A stretch of 64,000 bases of DNA from Balanoglossus misakiensis (GCA_040954595.2 CM082580.2:9216390-9280389); one strand, 5' to 3'. Positions 1 through 18,297 are shown, counted from the first letter of the stretch. Notes: generated by a model from the sequence alone, not told the origin. Numbers and translations are program-made.

Positions 1-708
1 TGTGGCCTCAAAATCCATAAATGAACAGCAAAAGACAATGGCAAAATTTGGTTTCAAAACGAAGATAAATATAATCCTTTTTATATAGATTGTGAAATAA
101 TGAAAATGAGAAACTATGCAACTATCTAATACAAAATTAGTGTCCTTTGAATAACTACCCCCCCCCTACCTATTGACATTTACCCACTACCAAGTTAAGT
201 ATAGGGTTAAGGGTTGGGGTTAGTATCCAGGGGGTGTTCATCCTAAAACCTTACTAACATGATTTATATGGGTTATATAATACCAAAACAAAACACTAGG
301 CGTTTCATTTGAACATGCTTGTAAAATGATATTGCTTACTAATTATTCTGTAATCATTCTCCCATTTTCAACATTGAAGAACTTTCCGAACACCCTGATC
401 TGATCCGATAAACTCATAAAGACTACACATAAACATGGGTCAGATGCTCAATCTGATTAAAATCAGATGTCGAGTTAGGCACCGTCTTTACTTTTGTTGG
501 TTTGTACAAAGTCTACATTTCAAGTATTCTAGGGTACATAACCATACCTAAAACTGAATCACTTGATCATTGCTCCAAAAAAGCAACCCAAATTGGGGCA
601 AATCTGTACATTTGGCAACAGGGAAGAATACTGTAGGTTGGGTTTCTTGACCGGAGTTGAAGCATCCTCAAAATCACTAAAAAAGTGGACGTTTCAGCCA
701 TAGTTATT

Positions 709-4169
<3,461 letters not shown>

Positions 4170-4587
4170 TACCTCCTGTACGTCGCTAATGGACGCGGAT
4201 TGTCCTGACCTACACCTTGAACTACGTAAGCTGAGTTGGCGCCTGCACGCACATCCTGATGTTGACGTTATATACCTTGATTGTGTCAACTTCAGGTCAC
4301 CTGACACTTAACAGGGTTCATAGGTCACAGCGCGAACAAAACCATATTTGATTGGCTCACACATCTTACCTAGCTGAATTCGAACCAATCACTTACTGTG
4401 TTACACTCACTTCGTCAACTTGATGGAGAACAGTCACGTGAAACAAGTCTGCTGGATGTCCTCGTAAAACTGAAAGTGACGAGTATTAGCAGTTATTGGT
4501 GTGCGATTATTACAGCCAGAAACAGTAGCCACGCAGTTTAGCCTCCTGTAACATCCGATACCACTCTTTATTGAAGTATTTAGAGCA
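4170..4587. promoter_or_regulatory. Putative bidirectional promoter between LANCL and TMEM106 copy 1
   Basis: Divergent ATGs only ~420 bp apart. CCAAT boxes in both orientations (ATTGG ~4351, CCAAT ~4385) and E-box GTCACGTGA at 4433-4441. Confidence 0.65.
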
Positions 4588-7259
4588 ATGAGTCTGAGAA
4601 CTCCAACTTCGTCGAATTATGGAAGCAAGCCGTCATCTCCGTCGTCTGCAAGTAAGGACGACGGCGGTGGTTCTGGCAGTTCTACGGAATTTCGCTATGA
4701 GGAACTCCACGATGGTTTGACGTGCCCCACATGTCAAGGAACAGGAAGAATACCCCGAGGTAAAAGCAGGTCGGAATTTATATGATCGGTTTGTGATTAT
4801 CGTATCATGAATATCGAGGTTTTTCCCAATTTCTTCGGAAGGCGGTAACGGGTAGCTTACACAGTACAGGTTCACATTCAGAGCAGACGAATAACAAACT
4901 TATCGGAATGTGAACAGGGAAAGTGGGTCATGCAGGATCTTTAATAACATGATGTGCGGGAAAGAGAAAAAAAAATACTTGTGAGGTTGCATGATTTATT
5001 AAATATAAGTCATTCTTCCCCACATTCACAAAAGGTGGAAGAAAGGTCGGGGACAGGTGAAAAGTTTGATAAACGACCTCCATGATGCTCAAGGCGTTCG
5101 GTCACAATCATCATCATCATCATCCATGGCCTTGTATGGAGAGATCGCACTGCCTCTGTTGTTAACAGTTTTCTTCTAATACTTTATTAGGGCTGTGATT
5201 GTACCACTGTATGTACCACTCTATGTTAAAATGTAATATCTTGTGGTCTTTGTACATGTACTATGGGAAGTGTAAGTGACATTAGAACTCGTGATAACGT
5301 TCTCAGTACACAGAGGTTATCAGATACAACATGCAAATCATTGCTACTGCACTGCTGGTCTTGAGTGGGGTGTTTCTGTGACACACCCCTCCACTGAACT
5401 GAACAATTCATTTCTCTTCTTACAGGACAAGAAGATTCTTTGGTAGCGCTTATCCCATACAGTGATAAAAGACTAAGGCCTAGGAGAACGTAAGTGCTTG
5501 TCATCATTGCAAAGCTCATTATTTTTTCTTATAACAATATCCATGTCAACTACAAAGGTTACCGCACTTTTTTAGTAGTATTGCAGGCAAAACAAGCTGT
5601 CATCCTGGATCCCATATGAGCATTCACCATGAACCATATAGCTTCCTTTCTTACTTACCCAGTCCTTTCATGTGCATGTTTGAACACACAAGGTCAGTGT
5701 ATTTATGTTTGTTTTTTTGCAACAGGGTTTTATACGTGTGTATAGCTGTAATTGTGAGCCTTCTAGCAGCTGGTCTACTAATATTCTTCCTATTTCCGCG
5801 AGAGGTAACGCTCAAAGCAGACAAAGTGGAAACGTTGGCTGTAACGCTGAATAGAACAAACCTGTATCTTCAGTTGTGTGTACAGGTGAGGATTGCTTTT
5901 TGAATGCGCTCATTTAACAGTTCCAAATTGAAGTAAAGTCCCAGGCATATTTAATGTATGCAGTACTTTGTCATCAAGCTATCAGACATACCGATCTCTG
6001 ATCTGTTTCTTTTTATACTGAGATGTATGTTAATCATAAAACCCTTATTATGATCCAGTTGAATTTTAAATTTAACCTGTTATCCCTTTCGATTTGTTAT
6101 TGAAGGCAAGTTGTAAGAAAACACTTACAGAATGCTTTCTTGTTACAGAGCAATAAAATGTATATTTATCATTTATGATTGACTATATATCATGTGAAGG
6201 AGCTGTTTTCATGATTGGATTTTTATAATAAGCATAATAGGTACCGGTGATACCGGTACGCATAACAAGAAGTTGAATAAGTTGAATAAGCTCTAACCCT
6301 ACTCATTTCCCTCCAGAATACATTCAACATCTCAAACAAAAACTTTGTGTCAGCGGAACTGGACACTGTGACAGTGGAAGCGGTGTATCGCCATAAAATT
6401 CAGGGGTCGTCCGAGACGGACATCAACACTTCTGTTCATCTACGGGAGTCCGCTCAGGTAAGAAGACATTGTAGCTTTATCAGTAGTAAGCGGTATGGGC
6501 GTGTCAACATGTTCTCTTCCAAGCCAGGTTCAAAGGGTCATGAAAGAGAAAATACCTCAGATTATATGTAACACAGTTTTCCCTGTGGATAAAACTGACC
6601 AATTTCTATATCCTAATTACAGATTACCACAGTATCAAATATTACCTTCTCTGGTCCAGATGCCGTTTTAGTGACGTAAGTGACATCTTCATCAATATAT
6701 AGCGCTCTGTCTCCTTGTTTGTTGTTGTGTGTTTGTGTCTGTTTGTTGTGTGTATAGTGGTGGACTGAGCAAGCGTTTGCGTTTAGATTCTTTCACAAAT
6801 TTGTAACGTCAAGTGTTCTCTTCATTTCATCAAGGTGGATATGTGATCCAGATGAGACTAGTATCTCTCACAACCTGTTGATCAAATTCCAGTAAGTATT
6901 CATCCGCCCGCTTTCACAAGTTTTTACGGTCTCTAGTACTTGCGTGCAATATGGGCATGTCAGTTTTTCTACAATGTGTATGGTATTACCGGCAGGATTT
7001 CAAAATAAATGTTATTTTATGCAATCTGTGCATAAATGCAGTGAGAAACAATGGCCCAATGTGGTGTGTCAAGTGAAGTTTATGAAAAAGGAAATAATAT
7101 GTCCCTTATAATGTCAAAATCAGCGTTATCGGTATCATTTGTTGTTTCTTCCACAGAGTGACATTGCAGACAACCTTTCTGTCACACACAGAGGAGTCCA
7201 CACTCACTGAAGACTTCTTTGTCCCATGTGTGCTCTCCAAAGACAAATACAGAAGATGA
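4588..7259 (+). CDS. TMEM106B: TMEM106-family type II membrane protein, copy 1; 7 exons: ~4588-4759, 5425-5489, 5725-5885, 6317-6457, 6622-6674, 6835-6891, 7157-7259
   Basis: TCPTCQGTGRIPRG, LVALIPYSDKRLRPRRT, transmembrane segment VCIAVIVSLLAAGLLIFFLFPR, luminal NISNKNFV. Stop TGA 7257-7259; AATAAA at 8123. Confidence 0.9.
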
Positions 7260-8490
7260 GGCATCGGAAGAATATATACAATGCCCTGTAGAGTCTTATT
7301 CTGCTGTGAGAATGCAATGCATCATAAAGCATTTATTTACCAAACAAACAAACAAGAGGTTTGTCGTTAAGTCTTGAACTTTTCCTTATATTTTTCTCAA
7401 CACAACTTAAGATTATTCTCTCTTAAAATTGAGAATTAAGATTGGGGTGTCACCTTGCAAAATTTTGAATGAGAGCAAAATTGTCTCTCTTTGACTTCAA
7501 AATGGCCCTATCTCTGTCTTAATATAAAGTTAGTGATTTTATGAAAACAAGAAGAGGAATACCATATTTTCTTCTTATCAAACAATTGAATGATTTGGAG
7601 AACTATCGTTTTTTTTTTAATTGTCCTCGAGGCAAATACTACCAGGTAGTCAACATTCTGCAATGCCCAATAGGTATGTTTTTTTGTACAAACATTTTAG
7701 TAAATCTTTTTTGTAGCTTATGGAAAAAGATATTTAGTTTACCCCCATACATTTACCCCTGTGTTCTCCCTAACTTAAGAATTGTGATGCCACATGACTT
7801 TCATGTAAATAATTGTGTATATGCATACTGAGTTATTTTGTTGAATTATTTATTTCATATTCAGCAGTGCTCTTGATATGATTGACATAAATGGTATTTT
7901 TTTTAAATCTCGCATATTTTGGAATTGTACTTTCTGATGCAGGCGTTGATTGCTATGTTCTGTGTGCTTGTAGATATTTCAAATCAAATTGATGTTGAGC
8001 ATGGATTTTATTGTGTATTGCTAGACTGGGAGATCTGTTATTCTTGAAGTAGTTTATTAGTGGTAGAGAGTGCCTTGAGGAAGGGATCTTCCAGTCTACT
8101 TGAGGTTCTTGCTGGTATTCTGAATAAAAGATTTCACTGGCAAACTTTGTGTGGTGGTGGTGGTATTAATTCATGAAATACATCATTCTCTTGAAGAAAA
8201 AAAAATTCAAACTCAAAACCACTTTGCTTTTTCTGTACTGTGGTGCATTTTTGTCTTGCGTCTTCGTATCCATAACAATACTGTTATGAGAATTCGCGAA
8301 AACAAAGCAGCCGCTTTTATCGACCGTAGGTGGCGTAAAAAATTGCGAGTGTTGTACGTATCATATGCAGCGCAAACATATGGACGCAGCGTCTCACCTA
8401 TTTCAAGGGCTTTGTTTGCGCGTCGTCTTCATCGTCTGACTGCTCTAACAAAGCGCAATCCAGATTTCTTGGCAGAAACTGATTTCCGAA

Positions 8491-11400
8491 ATGAATCCAG
8501 CATCTCAGGGTTACCGTACTTTTGATAACGGCACGAGCAAGAAGAAACCCAAAACTACTCTCCAAGAAAACAAATCCGACAGCGGACTGTCGTCTATGTC
8601 AGGCGCATCATCATATCCGGATTTTGGCTACGAAGAACTTCACGACGGATTGACGTGCCTCACGTGTCAAGGAACTGGTAAAGTTCCTCGAGGTAAGAAT
8701 TTTATTCCTGCCATTTCACAGAAAATGATATTTAGAAAGGGGTTGAAATGTTTGGACCAGACATTCAACAAACAGTGTGGACATTGGCGTTATTTTTTTT
8801 TTGCATGATTACGTAATCGGTGTATATGCTATGCGTATGCTATGTTTGTGCCCCATTATTTTGCAGCAATTAAGGTTTTATATAGGGAACAAGATTGAAT
8901 TTTCTCATATTACAAGATAAAGGATTAAAATACCACTATGGTTTACCACTGTTTCTCCATGGAGAAGATGTAGTGTGCATGCAGCTGAATCGTAAGGTCA
9001 ACATCAGAAAGGTTATTGACCTAAGCTGTGCGTGCGACGACACGTGACAATTGAGATCGATATTGTATGTTGCAGAGACAATATAGCCAGGGTTTACATG
9101 TTTGTTACCCGGAGCAATTGAAAACGTAGCTGTTTTTACACTATGTGCAGCCTTTCAACCTATAATTAGTTCATTTTGAATATAGACCATTGTATTGAAA
9201 AGGCTAGAATACTATTACACCTATAAATATAAACAATAGACCTTTTGTCTTGGTAAAGAACTGTTAATTAAAAAACCAAAATGGAAATAAAAGGTCATGT
9301 GGGCTTTAGAATTGGTGGACTTCTTTTATTTTCAAGGACAGACAAACCAGAAAGGCTGGGTAAAGTGCATTTTGGTCTAAAGAATACCTGTTTTCATGAA
9401 CTTTTTTTGTTAAAGTTTATCCAGAAGGAATATTCTGGGTAAAAGCATGTAAAATAAGGAACAATGCAGAAACAGCTGCGCATATTTGTTATCTTGGTCA
9501 TCTTCTGTTTTCAGAAACAGCATATTTACATTTCAATTGATGCAGATCCATTGCAAGCGGCAAACAATTACCAACACCATTCATTTTCTCTGAGTGGTCT
9601 TCTTATTGTTTGCACCTAAAGGAGCGATCAACGCTATTGGTGTATCTTTCATTTGTTGTCTCAAGAAATTTCATGTCTCAACACGATGTGCATCAGTACA
9701 ATGGAAATGATAATGCACCTGTGATCAATTGTTCCCAGATTGAAAGTAACTTTTGGCTGAATCCTAGAAATTATTTTGCCATAAAATTAAAACCTTTTGA
9801 TACCTGTCTATCTACCTTACTGGCCAACTTCAACATATTGAAGGCTTTGGTACGTATTTCATTTTATAGGACAAGAAGATGCCTTGGTTGCGTTGATCCC
9901 CTATAGTGACAAAAGACTAAAACCAAGGAGAACGTAAGTACATGTATTAGACATTTACCCCTCTCCTTTTTGCCATTTTCGTTACAGACAGAGTAAAATA
10001 TGATCACTTTTACCCCGAAGTTGGACTTGGGAGGGTTCCATCACATGCATGTATTTCCATTTTCCTTCAATTTTCCCAACAGCACACTGTATGTCAGCAT
10101 AGCCATATTCATCTGTCTTCTGGGAGCCGGTCTCTCCATATTCTTCCTTTTCCCGAGGGAGGTATCGACGACACTAGATAAAGTGGAAACGGTGGCTGTA
10201 TCGCTGAATAAGTCAATCGGACATGAATCACTCTGGTTGAATTTTAAGGTATTAAAGATATTAATATCATTCCAGGAAAAAAAATCCTCAGGAGTTTCTC
10301 ATACCGTGGCAGTTGCATGATTGTTTTAAATGACTGTTTTGTCAAACAACATTGTTTCAATCACATTGTTTATGTTCAACTTAGATGGCGCTATTTTGCC
10401 AAGTAATTGAGGTCGGTTACGAAGAGAAATCTGACTGCTCTGGGTATAGGTTGTTATTATCAGATAAAATTGAAAAAAGAACAGAAATTTATTGTACTCT
10501 TCAATTTTCTTAGACAACAACAGCAATGATGTTATTTTCTATTGCAGAACACGTTCAATGTTACAAACAAAAACTACGTATCGGCCACCCTGAACACGGT
10601 GACAGTGCAAGCGCTATATCGAAATACCATACGAGGGAAGGCAGTTGCGGTCGTGGGAAAATCTATGATGCCTCGGAAATCAACCCAGGTAAACCAAAGG
10701 GTGCTTGTCCGTATCATCCTCAGGTTTTGTTTTGCATACAAGGTTATTATAAAAGTTAGAAAGTTTGTCAATGTGAGTGTTACCTAACCTCAAGGTGACA
10801 ATTGACATAGGCAAATCTCACTGCTTTGGGATCTGTGCTAACACAACCCTCCAAATCAACTCTTCCAACAGGTATCGACGCAGCTCAACGTGACGTTCAG
10901 TGGTCCTGATGCAGTAGTTGTAGCGTAAGTCATGTTGTCTTTGCCTTCTGTCTTTATTATTTCATGGTCAGAGAATTTGGCTGCAGAGAATATTTTGGCA
11001 GTGACCTGGCCTTGTGGGCTCTCTATGAGTGGAATCAAGTGAAGGTGGTAAATTTGAAAACTGCAATTTGAATCACCAACCTATCAAAGCTATATGCCTT
11101 CGACAAAGCACTGGGTTAAAAGTCAATTATATGTGTGTTATATTTTTCAGGATCGTATGTGACCCAGAGAGGCAGATATCCCACAACCTTTTCTTCATAT
11201 TTCAGTAAGTCCTGCAATTCGATGACCATCTTTAACTGCTGAATTTTCAGACAAACTTCATCTAACTGACCACTGATTTGCCAATTTTTGTATAACTTCT
11301 TGATCTGCATTTGGTTTTCGTAATATTCAACCTTCAAAAACAATATCGCACATCTATTACGGTAGACTGCAAGTTTCCTGTGCATTTTATACAAAGTTAA

Positions 11401-11517
11401 ACTTTCTGATGTCTTTTGTCTTTCAGGATCACATTAAACGCATCGTTTCTGTCTCATTCAGAAGAGTCGACAATCACTGCGGATCTGTTTGCTCCGTGTG
11501 TAATCAAGAAAGACTAA
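8491..11517 (+). CDS. TMEM106B: TMEM106-family protein, tandem copy 2; 7 exons: ~8491-8692, 9870-9934, 10082-10248, 10548-10688, 10872-10924, 11151-11204, 11427-11517
   Basis: YEELHDGLTCLTCQGTGKVPRG, LVALIPYSDKRLKPRRT, IFFLFPREV, NTFNVTNKNYV. Same exon structure as copy 1. Stop TAA 11515-11517; AATAAA at 12572. Confidence 0.9.
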
Positions 11518-14500
11518 AGACTGAGAAGAAATGAGATTTATAAACACGACATGACTCATATTGATTCACTTTTAAGTACATGTACTTATCTCTGCTTGGA
11601 ACGCTGAGAGTTAAAAAAAAACTTGAACAGCATTTTGGCTGAAAGCAATATTTACAGAAAACTGTCTCTCCAGTAATGAATCTTCAGAATTTTATTAAAG
11701 CCCCATGATCTGCCACGCCACTTTAAGATTTAAATACTTCAACTTTATCCTTGGCTGATGGATGACGCCAGCCACTTTTAGTTGCTTGATGATACATTTT
11801 TGAATGACCTATGCAAAAAATAGCCAATTGTGGGGATTTAATGACCTTGGGGCTATTTTACAGTAGTATATTGTATACATCTATGGGGTTAGTGCCCTAT
11901 AGTTATGAAATTTTAAATGAGTGTTTACTAGTAATGTTGTCCAGGATGCTGTGGGGCCAGATTTTTCATATTTTTAAAGCATACTGCAGAAATGTTATGG
12001 AACGTCACTTTAACTAACTGGCTTTATGAACTATTTTGTCTTACTTTACTAACACTCTGTACTATGTATCTCAGCCATGTCCAAGGACCATCTAGTGTCC
12101 TGAATATTAGAGTTGACCATATTCTTACTTAGGAGGGATGCTTACTTTGTGGTAGAAATTTTGACAGACAAGTGTGTGTAGTATGCATATCATGTATATG
12201 TATTTTTTTTCTTGTAAAAGTAGAATCACAGTTTCATTATAACACAGTTTTTATCATTTACTCCACATACATTGTTTTGCCATAAGATTCATTTACAGAA
12301 GAGAGGAGTTTTTCCCAAATGGGTTCAATATAAAGTGTGAGAGAACTTTAATAAGCGGTGGGTTCTGGGTGACGAAATTGTGAGGTTTCCCCTAAAATGG
12401 CTTAGTGGGTGAAACATCTCATTTCTGTTCTCCGCTGTGATTTTTTTCTCCTGACAACTTGCCTGTTATCTTTCTATTAATTGTGAACACAGTAGTATTA
12501 CTATGATTTTGTGTAAATGTAAAGTGAAGTAGTTTCAGTTGAACTTTTATTTGTTACTTCTTGATAATCTAAATAAAAGAACATTCAGGAAATTTCTGTA
12601 TTGCTTCAACTATTATTTTTATAAGTTTTTTAATGCTTTTATTGGAGAGGAAGGCGTGTTTTCATATACCGTATTCATTCTTGGAAAAAAATGTTCAAAG
12701 AAAAGAAACGCAAATGCTTGTCGTTGGGGGCGCACTTGTAATATTGCATTCTGGGAATATCTTCCCGACTATGAATGATGTCTGGAATACCGATTCTGGA
12801 GACGACGTGTTGATTCTTTCCATTAGGTTGATTCGAACAAAACACGACAGACCCCACGTTTAAAGTAGATCTTCGTTTCCCTCTGTTCAGTTGAATCACA
12901 TTTATGCACAGTTACATGGGAGTTGCATATATGTAGGCCTAGTCTAATACCTCGGAGAACAGGAGAACGTTTTCCCGCAAATTTATAAACAGGAAAATGC
13001 TGCTTACCTTTACGCGAAGTTTTCAAACTTGAAGATAAGATGGTTTGTTATGCTGACATGTACTGCACAATTCGAAAACATGTCTGGCTGAACTTGTGAA
13101 AAAACGTGACTGATTCGTGAAAAACCCACAATTTCTCCGATGGTTTTAAGGGCCTACACATGGCCGGGTCATTTTGAGCATTTCCATCGAAAATGTTTCA
13201 AAAGATACAGTAACGGATATTTAAAACCATTTCGGTTACATGTTTATAATCGTGTTTTCATGTCAAATTATAAAAATCATATTCAATTCAATGCATTAAT
13301 ATGTGGAGAGAGAGACTAATGTTGCTTCATTAATAGTTTATGAAATTGGTTTTCAGCAAATCAGTAGGCCTGTATGTTTGCGGACGTGAATCAGCTGCTT
13401 AATGTGAACATCACTGAGATTAAAAATTAAACGTTTGAGATGTGATGCGACCACTGAAAAAAATCACTAGTTGAGTGACTTTTGCATGGCAACAGCGCAC
13501 TCAAGGAAGTTTACAGTTGCCTTATGACGTCACCAAGACCGACCGTAATCCTATGCTGTTCCGCTCTACCCCTTCCCCCCAAAAGAGATATAATTTACTC
13601 TCAGAACTGAAGTTTGTTCTTAAATTTATGTTTCAATCAGTTTAAATCGATAATTCGGTGTTCTAGATCTATTCAGGAGAAAAGGGGGATTATTTACTCA
13701 CAGAAAATTTCAATTAACGATATAACACAACATTGACCACCTGGGGAGGGTGTTTAAACAAGACAACAGCCGATTACATTTGTACTTCGTATACTTTTCA
13801 ATTTCGTTGATATAAACGTTCAATTTTAGCGGATAATGACTGGTTAAATCACCGTATCTGGTATGGATTAGTATGTTGGATGATTTAATATAAAGTGAAA
13901 AGGTAAGTCGCCATCCAATATTCGAGAAACGTAAGTTGCACTCTCATTCCCTGAGGGAGGAGAACGAGGTTGGTTCGTCATGAAGTTGAGGCTGACCCGC
14001 TCAATCTCTCTCAGTCGAGTCCAACTTGGGATTGTGAGATTTCCCTGGTTCTTTTTTTAATGTGCCGCTGGCATAAAGCTATGAGCTTTTGTCGACGGGA
14101 GAAGCACTGATATATTGGCTTGTATAAAACAACTCAACTTCATAGCCCCGTCGGGTGTTTTCACGACTGGAGGCGGGGGGGGGGGGGGGGGGTGTCACGA
14201 AGAAGAAGTGGATTATGTAACATTCGAGCTTCGGCGGTTCCAGTGATCTCACTTTGATGATCGATTTGCTCACTGAAATACTTGAGACCCCATTTGACTC
14301 ACGGAAATAAAACAGATTCATATTGAATTTCGTGATGAAGTTATCATTTCTAAATCTCAGGCTACTGCACTGAGCTCTCTCAATGAGAAGCTGACGCCTA
14401 AGGGTTTTCGTGGAGGTGTCGATGTCATTTGGTGAACGCTGTGAAGGTCCTTCACACTCATGACAACAATAACAAGTTTCACAAACAACAAAACAAGACA

Positions 14501-15242
14501 CCTTTGTCAGTGACAGTCACTGAGAAATGATAGATCATAGAATAACGAGCTTTCAGTAGTTTTGTTGTCTACATTATCTTGTTATCCGAGATCCTCGATA
14601 CTATTAAATATCCCCCAGCCCCATTTTTCTGATAGTCAACAAGTCATGTCTATATGTCATGTGTTCAGTCATGGAGCTAGGGTTGAGTCCATTATTGTTA
14701 TTGTTGACAAATGTGTTCAAATCCTGGACTTGAATACAATGTTTTAATTAAACAAAGCAATAACAAACCACACGCTGGGATAGTTGTTAAGAAGATAAAT
14801 ACTAGTACAGCCTACAGGGCAGTGAATAAGTGAACTCACTAAACAAGTGCCAATTTTTTGCAAACAGCTTTGTGTCTTCATAGTGTGTGTTTGTTCAACT
14901 CACTAACTGGAACAGTGACAGACACTTGGAGTGCGTCACCTTACATTTTTGTGTTTCATTCAGTTTCTGACCTGAACCAGTGACCTTGCTAGAATAGGCT
15001 ATCTCTATTTAAATGCCTCAAAGGCTGAATACAGAATACTAGTGTATTGGGTCAATCAATCCACAGGTGTTTCGTCTGTCTGAGTGTTTACCATGCCATG
15101 CCTTACCTTACCTGTAAACATCACCAGTGACAGGAGTCTAAACAAGACTAAACGTCTTACTGCTTGTGTCAAGTGTACCTGCTTCTCAGCTATACAATTT
15201 GTATATCTTCTGTTTCTGCCTCAATTTAGACTAATTTACATG

Positions 15243-15330
15243 TACAGTAAAACATGTCTAAACCGAACCCTGTCTAATCTGGAAACCTGTCTATACCGAC
15301 CATCTTTTCCTGTGCCTTTATTGACATAGA
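15243..15330 (+). mobile_element. Truncated MITE-like fragment resembling the left end of the element at 40826
   Basis: Begins TA-CAGTAAAACATGTCT followed by short ACCTGTCT-type sub-repeats. No clear right TIR. Confidence 0.4.
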
Positions 15331-18297
15331 TCCACATGTTATTTTATCAGAGGTTTCCCTGAGTTTTGCCTGCCAGGTAATTTTGAAGTGCTGTGAAGTG
15401 TTACATGCACTGTTGCATTGGCACCCAGCAACATCCAGTGATTGGTGGAGAGCGATTGACCTCAAGGAATTCAGTTTGTTGACCACATACCAGGTACATC
15501 ATGTTACTTCAATTGATGCATGTTTGCTTATGTCCTATACATGTACCAAAAAGTATGTGTTTCTGTGTGGTTATATTTCAAGGTGTCACCAGTCTGTTTC
15601 ACTTGTATGCAAGTGCCCGGTTGTGTGAGCTAGCTTCCAACGATATTGACAATTAGTACATTTTTGATGAACACAGCAACTGCATTTCAATGAACCATAA
15701 TGACTAAAAATGATGTTTGTTTTTGTTGTTTTCAAAAATACTGGGCAAGTACATATGTGCAACAGTACATAAAGACCTAAACATCAAACAGGAAAATAAA
15801 AATGTCATTTTGCTGATGTCCTTCACATTATACATGAATAGTTATTGGATAAGGGTGTTTATAATGACGTGATAAACAGTGAACAGGAGACACTTTCACA
15901 GACCAGGCCATTGATACCATTTTCGCAGTTGTTTGTTAACGTGCTGCGTGCCCCAACACAGAAGGGCGTCTTTATAATGGATCTCATTTGAACGCCTGAC
16001 AACGCTCATAATAGAATTGGCTGATGACCAGGTTCGAGGCATTTGACACGACAATAGCAACACATTACAAACAGAACTGTCAGTGGCCGGCCTCAGTCAA
16101 GCTGAGATTCTTTTCTGCTTTACTGTCGAGACTTGGATCACTTTGGTGACGCTGTTGTCTGTCTTAATTTTTTTTTTAATTCTTCTGTCTGGCTATCCTG
16201 GACCTGTTCTGCCAACCAGTTGATGTAATTTTACACTTGATTGACAAGTAAAAGTCACTCCTTACAGATTTTCACTGCTGAGTTCATACCTATACGTATT
16301 CCACTCTTTCGATACAAAGCACACTTGTTAGTGTTACAGAATAGATCAAGTGGTCTTTTCTGATCGGCTGACGCTGGGATAACTGTAGGCTGTCCCGGTG
16401 ATTGCTAATTGCCACTATTGTGTTGTTGTATCTGTAGCTCGATTTTCTCAGTATGTTGTTTTGTGCACCATGTGCTGTTAATATTGTTTGGGGTTATTTA
16501 CTACTTGGTAAAATAGTTTTTGTAAAGTACAGCATTGACAAGCTATTTGCCTATCAGTATCATATATGCAATATCAGCATTTAAAATAAATTTTGTTTAA
16601 TTACCATTTTGTTGGGATATATTATAATAAGGGTGTTTTAATTGCAATAAAAGTTGTTGATCAAAATGATCAGTTAAAACATAGGTTAAACATACTGAAA
16701 GAAATCCAGGCACTAAAACCCTGTGCATGGTATCATGTGTACTGATAGAAATACCTAAAACACTGAATTTTTTATGACTGTCTCATCAAACAGCAGGTGT
16801 GAATATTTATGAATTTGTATTTCACGGCTGAAAGTGGTAAGTGAATTCTCCAAGGATCCTTTACGTGTACATTTCACTGCAAGCAATCGGGCATTGCCAT
16901 GACAACCACCTGTTGATTGATTTGCAGTGTACACACAGCGGCAGTGTGCATCATTCCTGCCATTAAGTGCGAGTAAATGGATTAGTGGTGTATTAAATTA
17001 TACACTGCTAGTGGAAAATAACACAGACTAAATGGTGCGTTTCTTTTCATTGTGCTTGAAACTGTTGATCGCAAAATGCCTCAGATGGAAAATTCGTGTG
17101 AGGTGAATATGTATCACGTGGTAACATTTGAAGTTAATATCTCCAAGACTTGATGTACATTTTGTAGTAACTCAAACTCTGACGTCCAAAGCAAATTTTT
17201 CATCATGTAGAATGACCTGTAGAAATATTAAAGCAGGTTAAAGTGAAGGCACGCTCGTATCCGAATCGTCACACCACTGATGCCAGAAAAATGAAGAATT
17301 CTATTAACCTACATTCATTTTTCTGGCACAATATTGTATTTGAACACAGCAGGTCTTGTGTGAAACAAAGTAAGCAAAGCAGTGATTTACTGCATCTGAA
17401 TTTCAAGACTGACAGTTTTTGTGTGCAAATACTTATAGCTACATGTACCTTTTAAAAGCAGTCAACATGAATAAGGTAATGCCACAGGCAAGTTGGAAGT
17501 ATTGATTTAATCACCAAGTCAATATTTATTACCCAGATAATACATTTAAATTATACTCCATGTAAAAAGTTGTATCAGGTGACCCATGTTATCGTATAAT
17601 GAATAGATTTTCCATAATGATAGCCATCAATAAAATCAAATAAATCCAAATAGAGGTTCAACAGGATTAAATCAGAGTGTACCCCTGTCATTATGTTTGC
17701 AACGCAATTAGGTACCAATCTTAGTGAGATTTGTAGTATGGGTCAAGGGTCAAGTGACCAACATATTGAAAGGCATGCAAGGTCATCATTTACGTGCATT
17801 TCCATTCAGACTCTGCCAAAACCACCCTGAGACAAATGGACGAAGAATGTACTGTGAACTACTAAGAAAAAAAATATTCCTTTCACATGAGTCATGTTTC
17901 TTGTGTCGTGATTGCCTACTGTAGAATTAAAGTATTTTGACTAGCACTAACAGTTTTTAAAGTGTACATACATGTACATGTAGTAAGCAATTGACAACTG
18001 TTGAGAGCAAAGCACACTCCATAAAGTTTGTTTGGTTGTTGTCGGTGGATTACTATAGTTCATTGACTAATACAGTAATAGTACGCTTAACACAGATGTA
18101 ATAGACAGAATCAAAACAGCATGATTCAATTGACACATAACCACTATGTTACTGGGTTTCCCCCTTGATACTTCATTGTGTTTCTGTGAATACATGTAGG
18201 TCACCGAAATATTACTGGGGTCCCCAAATCTTTTACCAATTTTCCTTTAAAAGCACTGAGTAATTTCACTTGTTGACAGGGGAAGCATCTTACAAGG

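Noticed and set aside
12600-18279. Short ORFs in the intergenic and 5' region (e.g. 14079-14501)
   Set aside because: No recognisable motifs; the poly-Pro comes from a G homopolymer. Probably promoter and 5' UTR intron of the large gene.
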